Origin: Spirochaetota bacterium
GTDB lineage: Bacteria; Spirochaetota; UBA6919; CBDBPB01
Assembly: GCA_965208615.1 (NCBI GenBank)
Contig: CBDBPB010000004.1
Span: 384,001 to 448,000, forward strand
Length of the DNA stretch: 64,000 nucleotides
Reading direction: 5' to 3'
Made by a program: the position numbers and the translations under genes. Position 1 is the stretch's first letter; each line of letters begins with the position of its first letter. The notes under the pieces are model-generated. The model worked only from the letters and a program-made list of their open reading frames with translations. It was not told the origin of the DNA and made no database searches. Shown here piece after piece: positions 10,607 to 21,519 of the stretch.

Positions 10607-12721
10607 ATGATAAAAAGAATACTAATTTTAATGGCTATTCTATTATTTATAGTGGTTAATCAGTTTTATGGAGCAGTAACAAAGTTTTTAGGGGATAACT
10701 CTATTAGAGATTTTGAAAAGGGTAAGTTCAAAAATACTACCCTAGATAAAGATGGCTTTATATCCCTTTCTCCAACTATAAAAGAACTCTTTTCTAAAGA
10801 AGATATAATATTCGTTTGGGATGCAGTAGAAGATAAACAAAATAACATATATTTCGGAACCGGAAATAAACCTCGTATATATAAATATTCCAACAAAAAA
10901 AAACTAAAACTATTTTATGAAGCTAATAATGGTGTATCAATTATCAGCTTGGCAGTCGATTCTAAAAATAATATATATGCGGCAGTAATACCAGGTAGTA
11001 CTATTATAAAAATATCTCCATCTGGTTCTGCAAAAGTATTAGCCAGACTAACTGAAAGCTATATCTGGAAACTAAAACTCGACTCTAAAGATCAGTTATA
11101 TGTTGCCACTGGTAATCCTGCTAAAATATATAAAATTACTAACTCTCGTAAAAGGACTATTTTATACTCTTCCAAAAAGGAATCCCACTTTCTGGCTATG
11201 GATATGGATAGTAAAGAAAATATTTATTTTGCCAGTACTGATAAAGGTATACTTTATAAATATAATAAGAAGTCCAGTAATGTTAGCGTATTACATGATA
11301 GTTACGAAAATGAGATTAAAGCTATAGTCGTTGATAAAAAGGATAATATTTACTTTGCAACTGCTACAAAAGTTAAAAAGTATCCACCGAATAACTTTGA
11401 TTATACAGATACCTTTGTTCTTTACGGCTCTCACACTAAACAAAGGATATCATCTAAAAAGCCTCCTTTAAAAAACTCTATTTATAAGATTAGTCCTAAG
11501 GGAGATATAAAAAAAGTCTTTACTAAAGATAATACTACTTTTCTCTCTTTAGCTATAGATAATAAGAATCAGCTTTATGCAGGCTCTGGCAATAGTGGTG
11601 TTATTTACTTAATAAGAGGGATTAATAACGCCTCTACTTTTATAGATACGGATGAACTACAAATAACCTCACTTTTAGTTAATAAAAATAATAATCTCAT
11701 TGTTACCACAGGGAATATTGCTAAAGTTTTTGAGTTAAATTTAAGATCGGCATTCACTGGAACTTATTATTCAAGGATATTTACTACCAGAGGTCCATCT
11801 ATTTGGGGGAATATTAGTTGGAAAACTAACTCTAATAATGGAAAAGTATATCTCTATACCAGAACTGGTAAAACTATTACTCCTGATAAAACATGGAGTA
11901 ACTGGTCTAAAAAATATATAAATCCTAATGGAGAGTTAATAAAGAATCCAAAAGGTAACTATATACAATATAAGGCTGTTATGACTTCTCTATCAGATAA
12001 AAAAGTTCCCGTTTTAAAAAAAGTATCAATGTCATATTTATTAGATAACAGGCCTCCAGAATTAGAAAATATTAGATTAAAGCAAGACATAAATAAAAGT
12101 TTACCTTCCAAACTCTTAACTAGTACAATTCCTCCATCCGTTTATACTATAAGCTGGACTGCCTTTGACCAAGATAATGATTTTATGACATATTCTATTT
12201 TCTTTCGCAGAGAAAGAAGTAATAGTTGGATTCTTATAAAAAAAGACATAATTAAAAAGAAATATTCATTTGACTCTCGAAGACTCCCTGATGGAGAGTT
12301 CTTCGTAAAAGTTACTGCCTCTGACAAATGGTCAAATGGTGAAAAGCGAGCAAAAATTAGTGAAAAAGTAAGTAAGCTATTTACCATTGATAATACTCCA
12401 CCTACTATTGCAGAGATAAAGACTAATACTATTGGGGATAACCATATTATAAGCGGAATAGCCATAGATAACTCAAGCTTTATCAAGGTGATAGAGTATT
12501 CTATAAATAGTAGTGATTGGAAGTACCTAAATCCTAAAGATATGATATATGACTCTAGTAAAGAGGGTTTTCAGCTTATTATTACATCCAAGAGCGAGCT
12601 AATTAATGGAGAGAATATAATAATATTCCGTGTTGCAGACTCATTTGGTAACTTTTCATCTAAACAGGTAACTTTTACAATAAACTCAAAAAGTTACTCT
12701 TCCCCTGAGCATAACTATTAA
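10607..12721 (+). CDS. Secreted beta-propeller protein with C-terminal Ig/FN3-like domains
   Basis: Signal peptide; repeated blades (LAVDSKNNIYAA, LKLDSKDQLYVATG, MDMDSKENIYFAST, IVVDKKDNIYFAT, LAIDNKNQLYAGSG); TRTG..PDKTWSNWS; ISWTAFDQDND, LPDGEFFVKVTASD, IDNTPP. Confidence 0.8.
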   Translation: MIKRILILMAILLFIVVNQFYGAVTKFLGDNSIRDFEKGKFKNTTLDKDGFISLSPTIKELFSKEDIIFVWDAVEDKQNNIYFGTGNKPRIYKYSNKKKLKLFYEANNGVSIISLAVDSKNNIYAAVIPGSTIIKISPSGSAKVLARLTESYIWKLKLDSKDQLYVATGNPAKIYKITNSRKRTILYSSKKESHFLAMDMDSKENIYFASTDKGILYKYNKKSSNVSVLHDSYENEIKAIVVDKKDNIYFATATKVKKYPPNNFDYTDTFVLYGSHTKQRISSKKPPLKNSIYKISPKGDIKKVFTKDNTTFLSLAIDNKNQLYAGSGNSGVIYLIRGINNASTFIDTDELQITSLLVNKNNNLIVTTGNIAKVFELNLRSAFTGTYYSRIFTTRGPSIWGNISWKTNSNNGKVYLYTRTGKTITPDKTWSNWSKKYINPNGELIKNPKGNYIQYKAVMTSLSDKKVPVLKKVSMSYLLDNRPPELENIRLKQDINKSLPSKLLTSTIPPSVYTISWTAFDQDNDFMTYSIFFRRERSNSWILIKKDIIKKKYSFDSRRLPDGEFFVKVTASDKWSNGEKRAKISEKVSKLFTIDNTPPTIAEIKTNTIGDNHIISGIAIDNSSFIKVIEYSINSSDWKYLNPKDMIYDSSKEGFQLIITSKSELINGENIIIFRVADSFGNFSSKQVTFTINSKSYSSPEHNY

Positions 12722-12823
12722 TTATTCTAATAAACAAGGTTTATAGCAAATATAAAAAAAGTACTTGCTTATTAACAGTATTCTGTTTTTATTTAACAAC
12801 TAATTTATTAAGGATATAATATT

Positions 12824-15079
12824 ATGGATAATCAGAGTCACGCATTAAAATACCATTCTAGCGGAAGAAAAGGTAAAATAGAGGTTATATCTTCTAAGCC
12901 TTGCAGTTCACAAAGGGATTTATCCCTTGCATATACCCCTGGTGTGGCTGAGCCGTGTCTTCGTATTAAAAATAATCCCCATGATGCTTATAGCTTTACG
13001 GCAAAAGGTAATTTAGTTGCTGTAATAACCAATGGAACTGCTGTATTAGGTCTTGGTAATATTGGTGCCTTAGCCAGTAAGCCAGTTATGGAGGGAAAGG
13101 GAGTATTATTTAAAAAGTTTGCTGATATAGACGTATTTGATATTGAGCTTAATACAGAGGATCCTGATAAGTTTGTAGAGACTGTAAAGCTTTTAGAGCC
13201 AACCTTTGGAGCTGTTAACCTTGAGGATATTAAGGCTCCTGAGTGTTTTTATATAGAGGAAAGATTAAAAAAAGAAATGAACATACCTGTAATGCACGAT
13301 GATCAACATGGTACAGCTATTATAGCAAGTGCGGCTCTCTTAAACGGTCTTGAGTTAGTTAATAAAAAGATTGACGAGGTAAAAGTTGTATTTAGTGGTG
13401 CTGGTGCGGCTGGTATATCATGTGGAAGGCTATATATTAGTTTAGGAGTACGTCCTAATAATATTGTTTTTATTGACAGTTATGGAGTTTTGCATAAGGG
13501 TAGGACTAAGCATATTACCCCTTATAATGAGTCTCTTCTTATTGAGACAAAAAATAGAACTTTAACTGATGCACTAAAAGGAGCAGATGTTTTTGTGGGC
13601 TTATCCACTGGTAATATTGTCACTAAAGACATGGTTAAAGCTATGAATGATAAACCATTAATTTTTGCTATGGCAAACCCTACTCCTGAAATATCCTATG
13701 CTGATGCAAAAAAAGCAAGGCCGGATGCTATTGTAGCTACTGGTAGAAGTGATTTTCCTAATCAGGTAAATAATGTATCTGGTTTTCCTTTTATTTTTAG
13801 AGGTGCATTAGATGTAGAGTCAACTGCAATTAACGAAGAAATGAAAATTGCCGCAGTACATGCTTTAGTAAGGCTTGCTAAAGAGCCTGTTCCAGATAGT
13901 GTTTTAAGGGCATACTCTCTAAAGCATATAGAGTTTGGCGATGAATATATTATACCAAAACCATTTGATCCAAGGGCTCTTACTTATGTTGCCCCTGCTG
14001 TAGCTAAAGCGGCTATGGATAGTAATGTTGCTCAGTCTCCAATTAAAGATTTTGCCAAATATATTGAAGACTTAGAAAAGCGGCATAGTACAAGAGACTT
14101 TGTTGTTAGAAGGATTATAAACAGTCTAAAGGCTAAAAAACTTAAGTTTGTTTTTCCTGAGGGAGCTGAGCCTAAGGTTTTACGTGCAGCTAAGTTAATG
14201 TTAGAAGAAGAAATAGGTATTCCTGTCTTATTAGGTATGGAAGATCGAATTCGCAAAGAAGCAAAAAAGATTAAGATCGATCTATCCAATATGATATTAA
14301 TTGACCCTCTACAATCTGAACTAAGGGATAAATATGCGAATAGGCTTTTTGAGCTTAGACAAAGAAAAGGTGTTACGCCTAATCAGGCCTTACAGTTAAT
14401 AAAGAAAAATATTTATTTTGGAATGCTTATGCTTGAGCAAGGGGATGTCTCTAGTATAATATCAGGAGTTACAGTTCACTATCCAGATACAATAAAGCCT
14501 GCTCTTGAGATTATTAAAATCAGAGAAGGGACGTCAATAATATCCAGCTTTTTTTTAGTTATCCAAAAAGATAAGAAGTTTATTTTTGCTGATCCAACTA
14601 TAAACACTGATCCAACTGCAAAAGAGCTTGCAGAGATTGCTATAAACTGTGCAAAGGCATCAAGATTTTTTGAAATAGATCCCAAAATTGCAATGTTATC
14701 TTTTTCTAATTTTGGTAGTGTTAATCATCCTCAGGCAAAAAAGATGGCAGAGGCCGCAAAGTTAGTATCCCAGATTGATAAAACTCTCAAAGTAGATGGT
14801 GAAATGCAGCTTGATACTGCCATATCCGAAGAGCTAATCAATGAGTTCTATCCTTTTTCTAATATAAAGGGCGGGGCTAATATATTAATATTCCCTGACT
14901 TACAATCGGCAAATATTAGTTATAAGCTTATAGAGCAGTTAGGCAATGCAGAATTAGTTGGTCCACTACTTATGGGGCTAAAACAGCCTGTTAACGTTTT
15001 ACCAAGAGGTTGTACTGTTGAAAGTATAGTTAACATTGCCGCTATTACTGCTCTACAGCTTGAGCATGGTACATTTTAA
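12824..15079 (+). CDS. maeB: NADP-dependent malic enzyme with C-terminal PTA-like domain
   Basis: [71 protein letters not shown], plus a PTA domain ([20 protein letters not shown]); 751 aa. Confidence 0.97.
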   Translation: MDNQSHALKYHSSGRKGKIEVISSKPCSSQRDLSLAYTPGVAEPCLRIKNNPHDAYSFTAKGNLVAVITNGTAVLGLGNIGALASKPVMEGKGVLFKKFADIDVFDIELNTEDPDKFVETVKLLEPTFGAVNLEDIKAPECFYIEERLKKEMNIPVMHDDQHGTAIIASAALLNGLELVNKKIDEVKVVFSGAGAAGISCGRLYISLGVRPNNIVFIDSYGVLHKGRTKHITPYNESLLIETKNRTLTDALKGADVFVGLSTGNIVTKDMVKAMNDKPLIFAMANPTPEISYADAKKARPDAIVATGRSDFPNQVNNVSGFPFIFRGALDVESTAINEEMKIAAVHALVRLAKEPVPDSVLRAYSLKHIEFGDEYIIPKPFDPRALTYVAPAVAKAAMDSNVAQSPIKDFAKYIEDLEKRHSTRDFVVRRIINSLKAKKLKFVFPEGAEPKVLRAAKLMLEEEIGIPVLLGMEDRIRKEAKKIKIDLSNMILIDPLQSELRDKYANRLFELRQRKGVTPNQALQLIKKNIYFGMLMLEQGDVSSIISGVTVHYPDTIKPALEIIKIREGTSIISSFFLVIQKDKKFIFADPTINTDPTAKELAEIAINCAKASRFFEIDPKIAMLSFSNFGSVNHPQAKKMAEAAKLVSQIDKTLKVDGEMQLDTAISEELINEFYPFSNIKGGANILIFPDLQSANISYKLIEQLGNAELVGPLLMGLKQPVNVLPRGCTVESIVNIAAITALQLEHGTF

Positions 15080-15143
15080 ACAAAAAAGCTTTCTTATGTT
15101 GTTTAGACTTTTTCTATAATTCTTTAATATGCTCTAATCTAAC

Positions 15144-15182
15144 TAGTTAACTTAACCATGCTTAACATGATTAAGTTAACTA
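15144..15182. terminator. Hairpin between convergent genes, probable bidirectional terminator
   Basis: tagttaacttaaccatg - cttaa - catgattaagttaacta: 17-bp arms with one mismatch, between the maeB stop and the LRR gene stop. Confidence 0.6.
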
Positions 15183-15205
15183 AACAAAAATATTAACTTT
15201 GTTCG

Positions 15206-15838
15206 TTATCTCTGTATGTCAACTATACTTAACCCTTTACCTGTGCGATAGGTATTTAGCTGCGTTTCATAACCTGCGGTAACTTGAGTGTTTTTAGCTT
15301 TAATGTCCTTCATGGCTGGTAAGTCTTTTAATTGTTCTAGTCCATCATTGCCAATGCTGGTATTATCAATATTAATATATTTGAGTTTCTGTAGATTTTT
15401 TAAATATTTTAATCCATCTCCAGCTACATTAGTTTGTGGAATATAAATGTCGGTTAATTCACTTAAGTTAGCCAAGTGAGATAGTCCTTCATCACTTAGA
15501 TTACTATTGCCAATGACAATCATTGTTAATTTCGTTAAATTCGATATATATTGTAATCCTTGATTAGTCATTCTAGGACTATTTTTAATTTCAAGATTTA
15601 TTAAGCTAGTAAGGCTCTGTAGATATTTTAACTCATTGTCATCAGTATCCTCAAAGTAGGCAAAAGTTAGAGTACTTGGATCGCTAGTATTAATACCTTT
15701 TTTCTTTAAAAACTCTATAACCTCAGCATTAGTAAAAGCATACCCTCCGGTTAGGCTCTCAGCAGACCCTTTGTCAGAGTCTCCACATGATAGTAAAAAT
15801 AAAAAAATAATTAGCAAGCTATAAACTCTTATTTTCAT
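15206..15838 (-). CDS. Leucine-rich-repeat lipoprotein
   Basis: Lipobox LLSC; about five 24-aa LRRs (LKYLQSLTSLINLEI, GLQYISNLTKLTMI, GLSHLANLSELTDI, GLKYLKNLQKLKYI, GLEQLKDLPAMKDI). Confidence 0.88.
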   Translation of the reverse strand: MKIRVYSLLIIFLFLLSCGDSDKGSAESLTGGYAFTNAEVIEFLKKKGINTSDPSTLTFAYFEDTDDNELKYLQSLTSLINLEIKNSPRMTNQGLQYISNLTKLTMIVIGNSNLSDEGLSHLANLSELTDIYIPQTNVAGDGLKYLKNLQKLKYINIDNTSIGNDGLEQLKDLPAMKDIKAKNTQVTAGYETQLNTYRTGKGLSIVDIQR

Positions 15839-16058
15839 ACTCTTTTCCTATTAAAAAGTTAATCTAACTATATACTATAATCCACTATAAATAACAACAC
15901 CCTATAACTTAATCTATTTCATGATAACTCAAATAAAGTTAACTATACAGTTTATAGCTGTATATAAAATATGCTGACACTTTATAAGCTCAATCTATCC
16001 AAAAAAAAAAATATATATTATCTTTATCACTAGTTTAAAGCTACGGAGAAAATATTTA

Positions 16059-17855
16059 ATGATAAATCCAAAATATATTAGAAACTTCTCTATAATTGCC
16101 CATATAGATCATGGCAAATCAACTCTAGCTGACCGCCTCCTAGAAATAACTAATACTACTGATGATCGTAATAAAAAAAATCAAATACTAGATACTATGG
16201 ATATCGAAAGAGAACGCGGTATTACTATTAAATCTCAGGCGGCTACACTACTATACAATGCCAATGATAATAATACATATCACCTAAACCTCATTGATAC
16301 CCCAGGACATGTTGACTTCTCCTATGAAGTATCTAGGTCGCTGGCCGCCTGTGAAGGTGTTCTACTGGTAATTGATGCATCCCAAGGTGTAGAAGCTCAA
16401 ACTTTAGCTAATATGTACCAGGCTCTAGAACACGATTTAGAAATAATACCCGTTATTAATAAAATCGACTTGCCTTCTGCTAATGTTGATGCAGTTAAAA
16501 AACAAATTAAAGAAGACTTAGGTCTAAACCCCGATATCGCCGTACCCATAAGTGCAAAAATGGGCCAAAATATAAAAGCCGTCCTAGAAAGTATTATTAA
16601 ATATTGTCCAGCACCAAATGGCTCTATAGACAATCCAGCTAAAGCCCTCATATTTGATGCCTCTTTTGACTATTATCGTGGTGTAGTGGTTAGCCTAAGG
16701 CTCTTTGACGGCGTGATTAAGGTTAAAGACTCTATAAAACTATTCCAAAGTAATAGAGAGTATAAAGTTGATGAACTCGGTATATTTAAACCTAAATACC
16801 TTCCAAAAAGCAGTTTAAGCGTTGGTGAGGTAGGCTATCTTATAGCAAATATAAGAGAACTCTCCGATACAAAAATTGGCGATACCATTACTACCACTAA
16901 TAACCCATGTCATAAAGCTTATCCAGGCTACAAAGAAGTTAAACCAATGGTATTTGCCGGTATATACCCTATAGAAAATGATGACTACGAAAACCTTAAA
17001 ACTGCCATCGAAAAACTTAAACTAAATGATGCATCCTTAGTCTTTGAACCAGATAGCTCTCTTGCATTAGGATTTGGCTTTAGATGCGGCTTTTTAGGCC
17101 TGCTACACATGGAAATCATCCAGGAAAGACTAGAACGTGAGTTTAACCTTAGCATTATTACTACAGTCCCAAGTGTGGAGTATAAAGTCCATTTTACCAA
17201 TGGTGATACTAAAATCATCGATAATCCTACTAACTTCCCTGAACCTCAATATATCACTAAAACCGAAGAACCCTTTGTTTTAGTTAATATTATTGTTCCT
17301 GAAAAGTATGTTGGAAACGTAATACAACTGTGCCATGAAAAACGAGCTATACAAAAAAATATGCAGTTCTTGGGTGATAAAAGAATAGAAATCGACTTTG
17401 ATATACCCTTAGCAGAAATTATTTATGATTTTCATGATAAATTAAAAAGTGTATCCAGAGGATATGCCTCCTACGATTATCACTTTATCGACTACAGAGA
17501 AAGCAAACTAGTTAAAGTGGATATCTTGGTCAACAAAAAACAAGTAGATGCACTATCCCAAATCATATTTAAAGAACATGCTCAGACTAAAGGACGAGGT
17601 ATTATCGAAAAACTGAAAAACGTTATCCCAAGACATATGTTCCAGGTACCTTTACAGGCCAGCATTGGTGGTAATGTCATTGCCAGAGAGAATATTAGAG
17701 CTCTTAGAAAAGATGTTACCGCAAAGTGCTATGGAGGCGATATAAGTAGAAAACGTAAACTTATAGAAAAACAAAAAGAAGGTAAAAAACGTATGAGACA
17801 AGTGGGAGACGTCGATATACCCCAAGAGGCCTTTATGTCAATACTAAAAATTTAG
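16059..17855 (+). CDS. lepA: Elongation factor 4 (LepA)
   Basis: [71 protein letters not shown]. Confidence 0.99.
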   Translation: MINPKYIRNFSIIAHIDHGKSTLADRLLEITNTTDDRNKKNQILDTMDIERERGITIKSQAATLLYNANDNNTYHLNLIDTPGHVDFSYEVSRSLAACEGVLLVIDASQGVEAQTLANMYQALEHDLEIIPVINKIDLPSANVDAVKKQIKEDLGLNPDIAVPISAKMGQNIKAVLESIIKYCPAPNGSIDNPAKALIFDASFDYYRGVVVSLRLFDGVIKVKDSIKLFQSNREYKVDELGIFKPKYLPKSSLSVGEVGYLIANIRELSDTKIGDTITTTNNPCHKAYPGYKEVKPMVFAGIYPIENDDYENLKTAIEKLKLNDASLVFEPDSSLALGFGFRCGFLGLLHMEIIQERLEREFNLSIITTVPSVEYKVHFTNGDTKIIDNPTNFPEPQYITKTEEPFVLVNIIVPEKYVGNVIQLCHEKRAIQKNMQFLGDKRIEIDFDIPLAEIIYDFHDKLKSVSRGYASYDYHFIDYRESKLVKVDILVNKKQVDALSQIIFKEHAQTKGRGIIEKLKNVIPRHMFQVPLQASIGGNVIARENIRALRKDVTAKCYGGDISRKRKLIEKQKEGKKRMRQVGDVDIPQEAFMSILKI

Positions 17856-17860
17856 AACAA

Positions 17861-18280
17861 TTATATAGGATTACCCGAATCAAGGTATTCTTGAAGAATA
17901 ATCTTGGCGGATAGACTATCTATAACATCTTTTCTCTTTTTAACCTTAACATTATTCGCCCTTAAAATAGACTCAGCCTCGTAAGATGACAATCTTTCAT
18001 CCCAAAATGTTATTGGAATATCAACAAAGTCTTTTAGCCTATTTACGAAGAGCCTAACTTGTCTAGAACGTTTACTCTCCTCTCCATCAATGCTTAATGG
18101 CAGTCCTACTAATATCTCCCCACAGCTATTCTCTAAAACGATAGATTTAATCTTATCAAAAACTCGTCCTTTTTTTACGCTAATATAGTCCAATCCAAAA
18201 GCAAAAACCCTGTTTGGATCACTTATAGCAACACCAATCTTATTAGTCCCATAATCTATGGATAAAACCTTAGTTTTCAT
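17861..18280 (-). CDS. ruvX: RuvX/YqgF pre-16S rRNA nuclease (Holliday junction resolvase-like)
   Basis: LSIDYGTNKIGVAISDP, VGLPL, WDERLSS, IDSLSAKIILQEYL. Confidence 0.95.
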   Translation of the reverse strand: MKTKVLSIDYGTNKIGVAISDPNRVFAFGLDYISVKKGRVFDKIKSIVLENSCGEILVGLPLSIDGEESKRSRQVRLFVNRLKDFVDIPITFWDERLSSYEAESILRANNVKVKKRKDVIDSLSAKIILQEYLDSGNPI

Positions 18281-18488
18281 TTTATTAAGTATAATAACAT
18301 TATATTAATTTTGTATATACAATATCTAATAAATGTTATATATTTTAATTTGTAAAAGTTTAATTTAATTTAAAAATTAAAAATTATAACGTATAATTAA
18401 TAAATTCCTTAACCGATACATAAAAATTATTGACTTCTTTAAATATCTTTATTTTATTATAGCTAGTAAAGTAGGAGGCCATTCTAAA

Positions 18489-19478
18489 GTGAATAATAGT
18501 AATCCAATTATGGAATACAATGATATGAAAAAACATACTATTCTTATTGTTGATGACTCTCAGGTCATACGTAAGGTAATAGACTATATGCTAAAAGCAC
18601 ATAATTATTCCATAATTCATGCTGTTAATGGATTAGAGGCTCTAAAGGTACTCGAAAACAAAAAGATAGACTTTATAATTACAGATATTAACATGCCAGA
18701 AATTGGCGGATTCGATCTTATATCAAGATTAAAAAAACTTGGCTTAGATTTACCATATATAATGATAACTGATTCAGATATTAATAAATATCTTGAACTA
18801 GCAATAAAATATAACGTTGGTAATATCCTTAGTAAGCCTATAGAAAAAACTGAACTCTTACATACCGTATATAAGCTTTTAAACCATAAGTCCCTTTTTG
18901 GATTAAGTAATTATTTAAACTGTCAAGCAGAGAATCTTAAAACTATATACATAGACAACTCTAAACAGTGTGATGAAAGCGTATCACAAATAGTAAATCA
19001 TGCTAAGTCTGCTGGCATGGAAAGTGAGTTTTTACCATCACTAAAATTGATTCTTAGCGAAATGGCAATTAATGCTTTATACCATCCTCATGGTTTTGAA
19101 AAAAAGAAAAAAGAAGGCGAATCTATCAAACTGAAAGAAGGTGATAAAATTGAGGTGCAGTTTGGTAAAGATGATAATAGGTTTGGCGTAAGTATAACAG
19201 ATTTTGAAGGTAAGTTAACTAAATTAGGAGTCCTACAAACCTTTAAGGAGTTTGTAGACAATAATAATAGGCTAATGAAGGCTCTTGAAAAAGGAGAAGA
19301 CCCATCCACCTTTATGAAGGATAGTGGTAGAGGATTACAAATGGCTAGAGAAATGTCTAACGAATATTATTTTAATATTAGGGTCAATAAGCTTACACAA
19401 ATTATTATTCTTATATGGATGAAAAAAATACCAATTCTCCAGAAAAGCCAATCTATAAAAATTAATGAGATAAATTAA
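18489..19478 (+). CDS. Response regulator: receiver domain plus C-terminal HATPase (RsbW-like) domain
   Basis: ILIVDDS, IITDINMP, MIT and SKP form an intact receiver. The C-terminus has SEMAINALYH (N box), SITDFEG (G1) and DSGRGLQMA (G2); no HisKA histidine box. Confidence 0.8.
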   Translation: MNNSNPIMEYNDMKKHTILIVDDSQVIRKVIDYMLKAHNYSIIHAVNGLEALKVLENKKIDFIITDINMPEIGGFDLISRLKKLGLDLPYIMITDSDINKYLELAIKYNVGNILSKPIEKTELLHTVYKLLNHKSLFGLSNYLNCQAENLKTIYIDNSKQCDESVSQIVNHAKSAGMESEFLPSLKLILSEMAINALYHPHGFEKKKKEGESIKLKEGDKIEVQFGKDDNRFGVSITDFEGKLTKLGVLQTFKEFVDNNNRLMKALEKGEDPSTFMKDSGRGLQMAREMSNEYYFNIRVNKLTQIIILIWMKKIPILQKSQSIKINEIN

Positions 19479-19481
19479 ATA

Positions 19482-20483
19482 TCAGCCGAAGAGATGCCAT
19501 TTTATAAGTTTAATAATATCCCCAGTGTTAATATTAGTACCAATGGCAACTGTTGATTCAAATCCTGAGTGTACCATACAGTTAATACAGCGTTTATCTT
19601 TATTTGTACCAAAGTTATCCCACTTAACCGTAGCTATAAAGTCATTCCAGCTATTGTAATGCTTATCTGTAATTAGGTAGCATGGAGCCTTCCATCCTTT
19701 AACATTCCTAGTTACGTTACCCCATGGAGTACAGTTTAGCCTTTTTTCACCCTTAAGAAAGTCTCTATATATCGGGCTAGAATAGTATTTAACGTTTTTA
19801 GACTTTTTATCAAGCTCCTTAAATTTACTATATATCTCTTGTCGATTTAAAAAAATACTAGGATCTAATGACTGAAAAGCATAAGCCGGAGATATTATAA
19901 TACCGTCTACCTTTAGATCTCTAAGTTTATCAAATAATTTAACTATTTCATCAACTTTACTATCCCTATATATAGTCGTATTAGTACATACAATAAATCC
20001 CCTTTTTTTTGCAGTATAAATAGCTTCTATGGCTTTTTTATACGCTCCCTTATGATTAGTTATTCTATCGTGAATCTCTTCAGTACCATCAATATGTACG
20101 TTAAAATATAGGTATGGACTAACCTTAAACTCATTTATCATTTTTTTAAGTAATATGCCGTTAGTACATAAATAAATATGCTTTTTTCGTTTGATAATTC
20201 CATCAACAAGGTCGTTAATTTGCGGATACATAAGAGGTTCACCACCGCAAATAGATATAAGTGGTGCATTACACTGATCAACCGACTCAAAACACTTATC
20301 CAAAGATAGCATTTCTGACATACTATCTTTATATTCTATTATTCGTCCGCATCCACTGCATGACAGGTTACAAGAGTGTAAAGGTTCCAGCATCAAAACA
20401 AGGGAGTATATTTTATTGTTTTTTAATTTGTTTTTTAATATATAGGATATAAGGTTATACGTTAGTAAGAACGGAAATCTCAT
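19482..20483 (-). CDS. hpnH: Adenosylhopane-forming radical SAM enzyme HpnH
   Basis: YSLVLMLEPLHSCNLSCSGCGRI (CX3CX2C), SICGGEPL, YLCTNG, CTPWGNVTRNVKGWKAPCYL, CINCMVHSGFE; typical HpnH length (333 aa). Confidence 0.9.
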   Translation of the reverse strand: MRFPFLLTYNLISYILKNKLKNNKIYSLVLMLEPLHSCNLSCSGCGRIIEYKDSMSEMLSLDKCFESVDQCNAPLISICGGEPLMYPQINDLVDGIIKRKKHIYLCTNGILLKKMINEFKVSPYLYFNVHIDGTEEIHDRITNHKGAYKKAIEAIYTAKKRGFIVCTNTTIYRDSKVDEIVKLFDKLRDLKVDGIIISPAYAFQSLDPSIFLNRQEIYSKFKELDKKSKNVKYYSSPIYRDFLKGEKRLNCTPWGNVTRNVKGWKAPCYLITDKHYNSWNDFIATVKWDNFGTNKDKRCINCMVHSGFESTVAIGTNINTGDIIKLIKWHLFG

Positions 20484-20507
20484 ATTACACTTTAAAAGAT
20501 AATTTAT

Positions 20508-21509
20508 TTAATAGTCATCTTTGCTAATTGAGTATAGTGATGATGCAGTTGCTATAATAAGGCTTTGTTTTAGACCAAAGGATAGACCTATAAAGTTACG
20601 TCCTGTTATTATGGGTGTGCTAGACTTATTTGAATTAACTTTAATTATACAACTTTCATTTCTTTTGCTTTCTACTAAGTACAGTACATCGTTAGAGTCA
20701 AAAGCAAAACCGTGGAATAAACTTAAACCATTATAATATATCTGTGGTTTTTTATCTTCTTTATCTATTTTATAAATACAGTTTTCACCCATATGAGCAG
20801 GATTAGAAACATATAAATTATCTTTAGAGTCAAAGGCTAGATGAAAAGCTATATAGCTTGATGGTATAGAGGAATAAAATGATGCAAGTCCATCTTTATT
20901 AAGTTTAAATATAGAGCCATTTCTGTCTCCCACAAATATCTCCCCTTGACTATTCATTGCCATGCCAAAAGCCGCACCTAATCCATGAGAGAATATCTCA
21001 AATGTACCTTTCTCAAACGACCTATATACCTTACCGTCAAACCTACTAACAATATATAGCGTATCATTATTATCAATCAACAAGGAGGTTGCATTAACTA
21101 ATCCTCTAATATAAACTTCTTTTTCTCCATTTTGATTTATTTTAAATACAGAAATATTAGTAGACTCTCCTCTACCACCGCTATAAGTAGTATATATATT
21201 GCCATTACTATCAATTACAGGGTTATCAACTATATGTAAACCATCAGTTATAGCCTTAGGTACCACAAAGTGATACTTATTACTTTTTACTCCGTTTATA
21301 TTTATATAAACATGACCAGATACAGAATTATCAGGTATACTTGTTAAAAGAGTTGAATCACTAACTCCATCTATCCATGCGTTTGAGTTAGGGAAATAAA
21401 GATTTTCATTAGCTATCTCCCATGGCTTAAACCTTTTTCCTTTAATGGTTATAGCACCTCCAGGTAGTCCCATTTTAGGAATTATATCTTTAATAACAAT
21501 TTTAGGCAC
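20508..21509 (-). CDS. IPT/TIG domain plus SMP-30/gluconolactonase-like beta-propeller protein
   Basis: N-terminal IKDIIPKMGLPGGAITIKGKRF..IPDNSVSGHVYINING (IPT/TIG pattern); blades DNPVIDSNGNIY, FGMAMNSQGEIFVGDRNG, FHLAFDSKDNLYVS, HGFAFDSNDVLYL. No signal peptide. Confidence 0.75.
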   Translation of the reverse strand: MPKIVIKDIIPKMGLPGGAITIKGKRFKPWEIANENLYFPNSNAWIDGVSDSTLLTSIPDNSVSGHVYININGVKSNKYHFVVPKAITDGLHIVDNPVIDSNGNIYTTYSGGRGESTNISVFKINQNGEKEVYIRGLVNATSLLIDNNDTLYIVSRFDGKVYRSFEKGTFEIFSHGLGAAFGMAMNSQGEIFVGDRNGSIFKLNKDGLASFYSSIPSSYIAFHLAFDSKDNLYVSNPAHMGENCIYKIDKEDKKPQIYYNGLSLFHGFAFDSNDVLYLVESKRNESCIIKVNSNKSSTPIITGRNFIGLSFGLKQSLIIATASSLYSISKDDY

Positions 21510-21519
21510 AATTTCTTCT

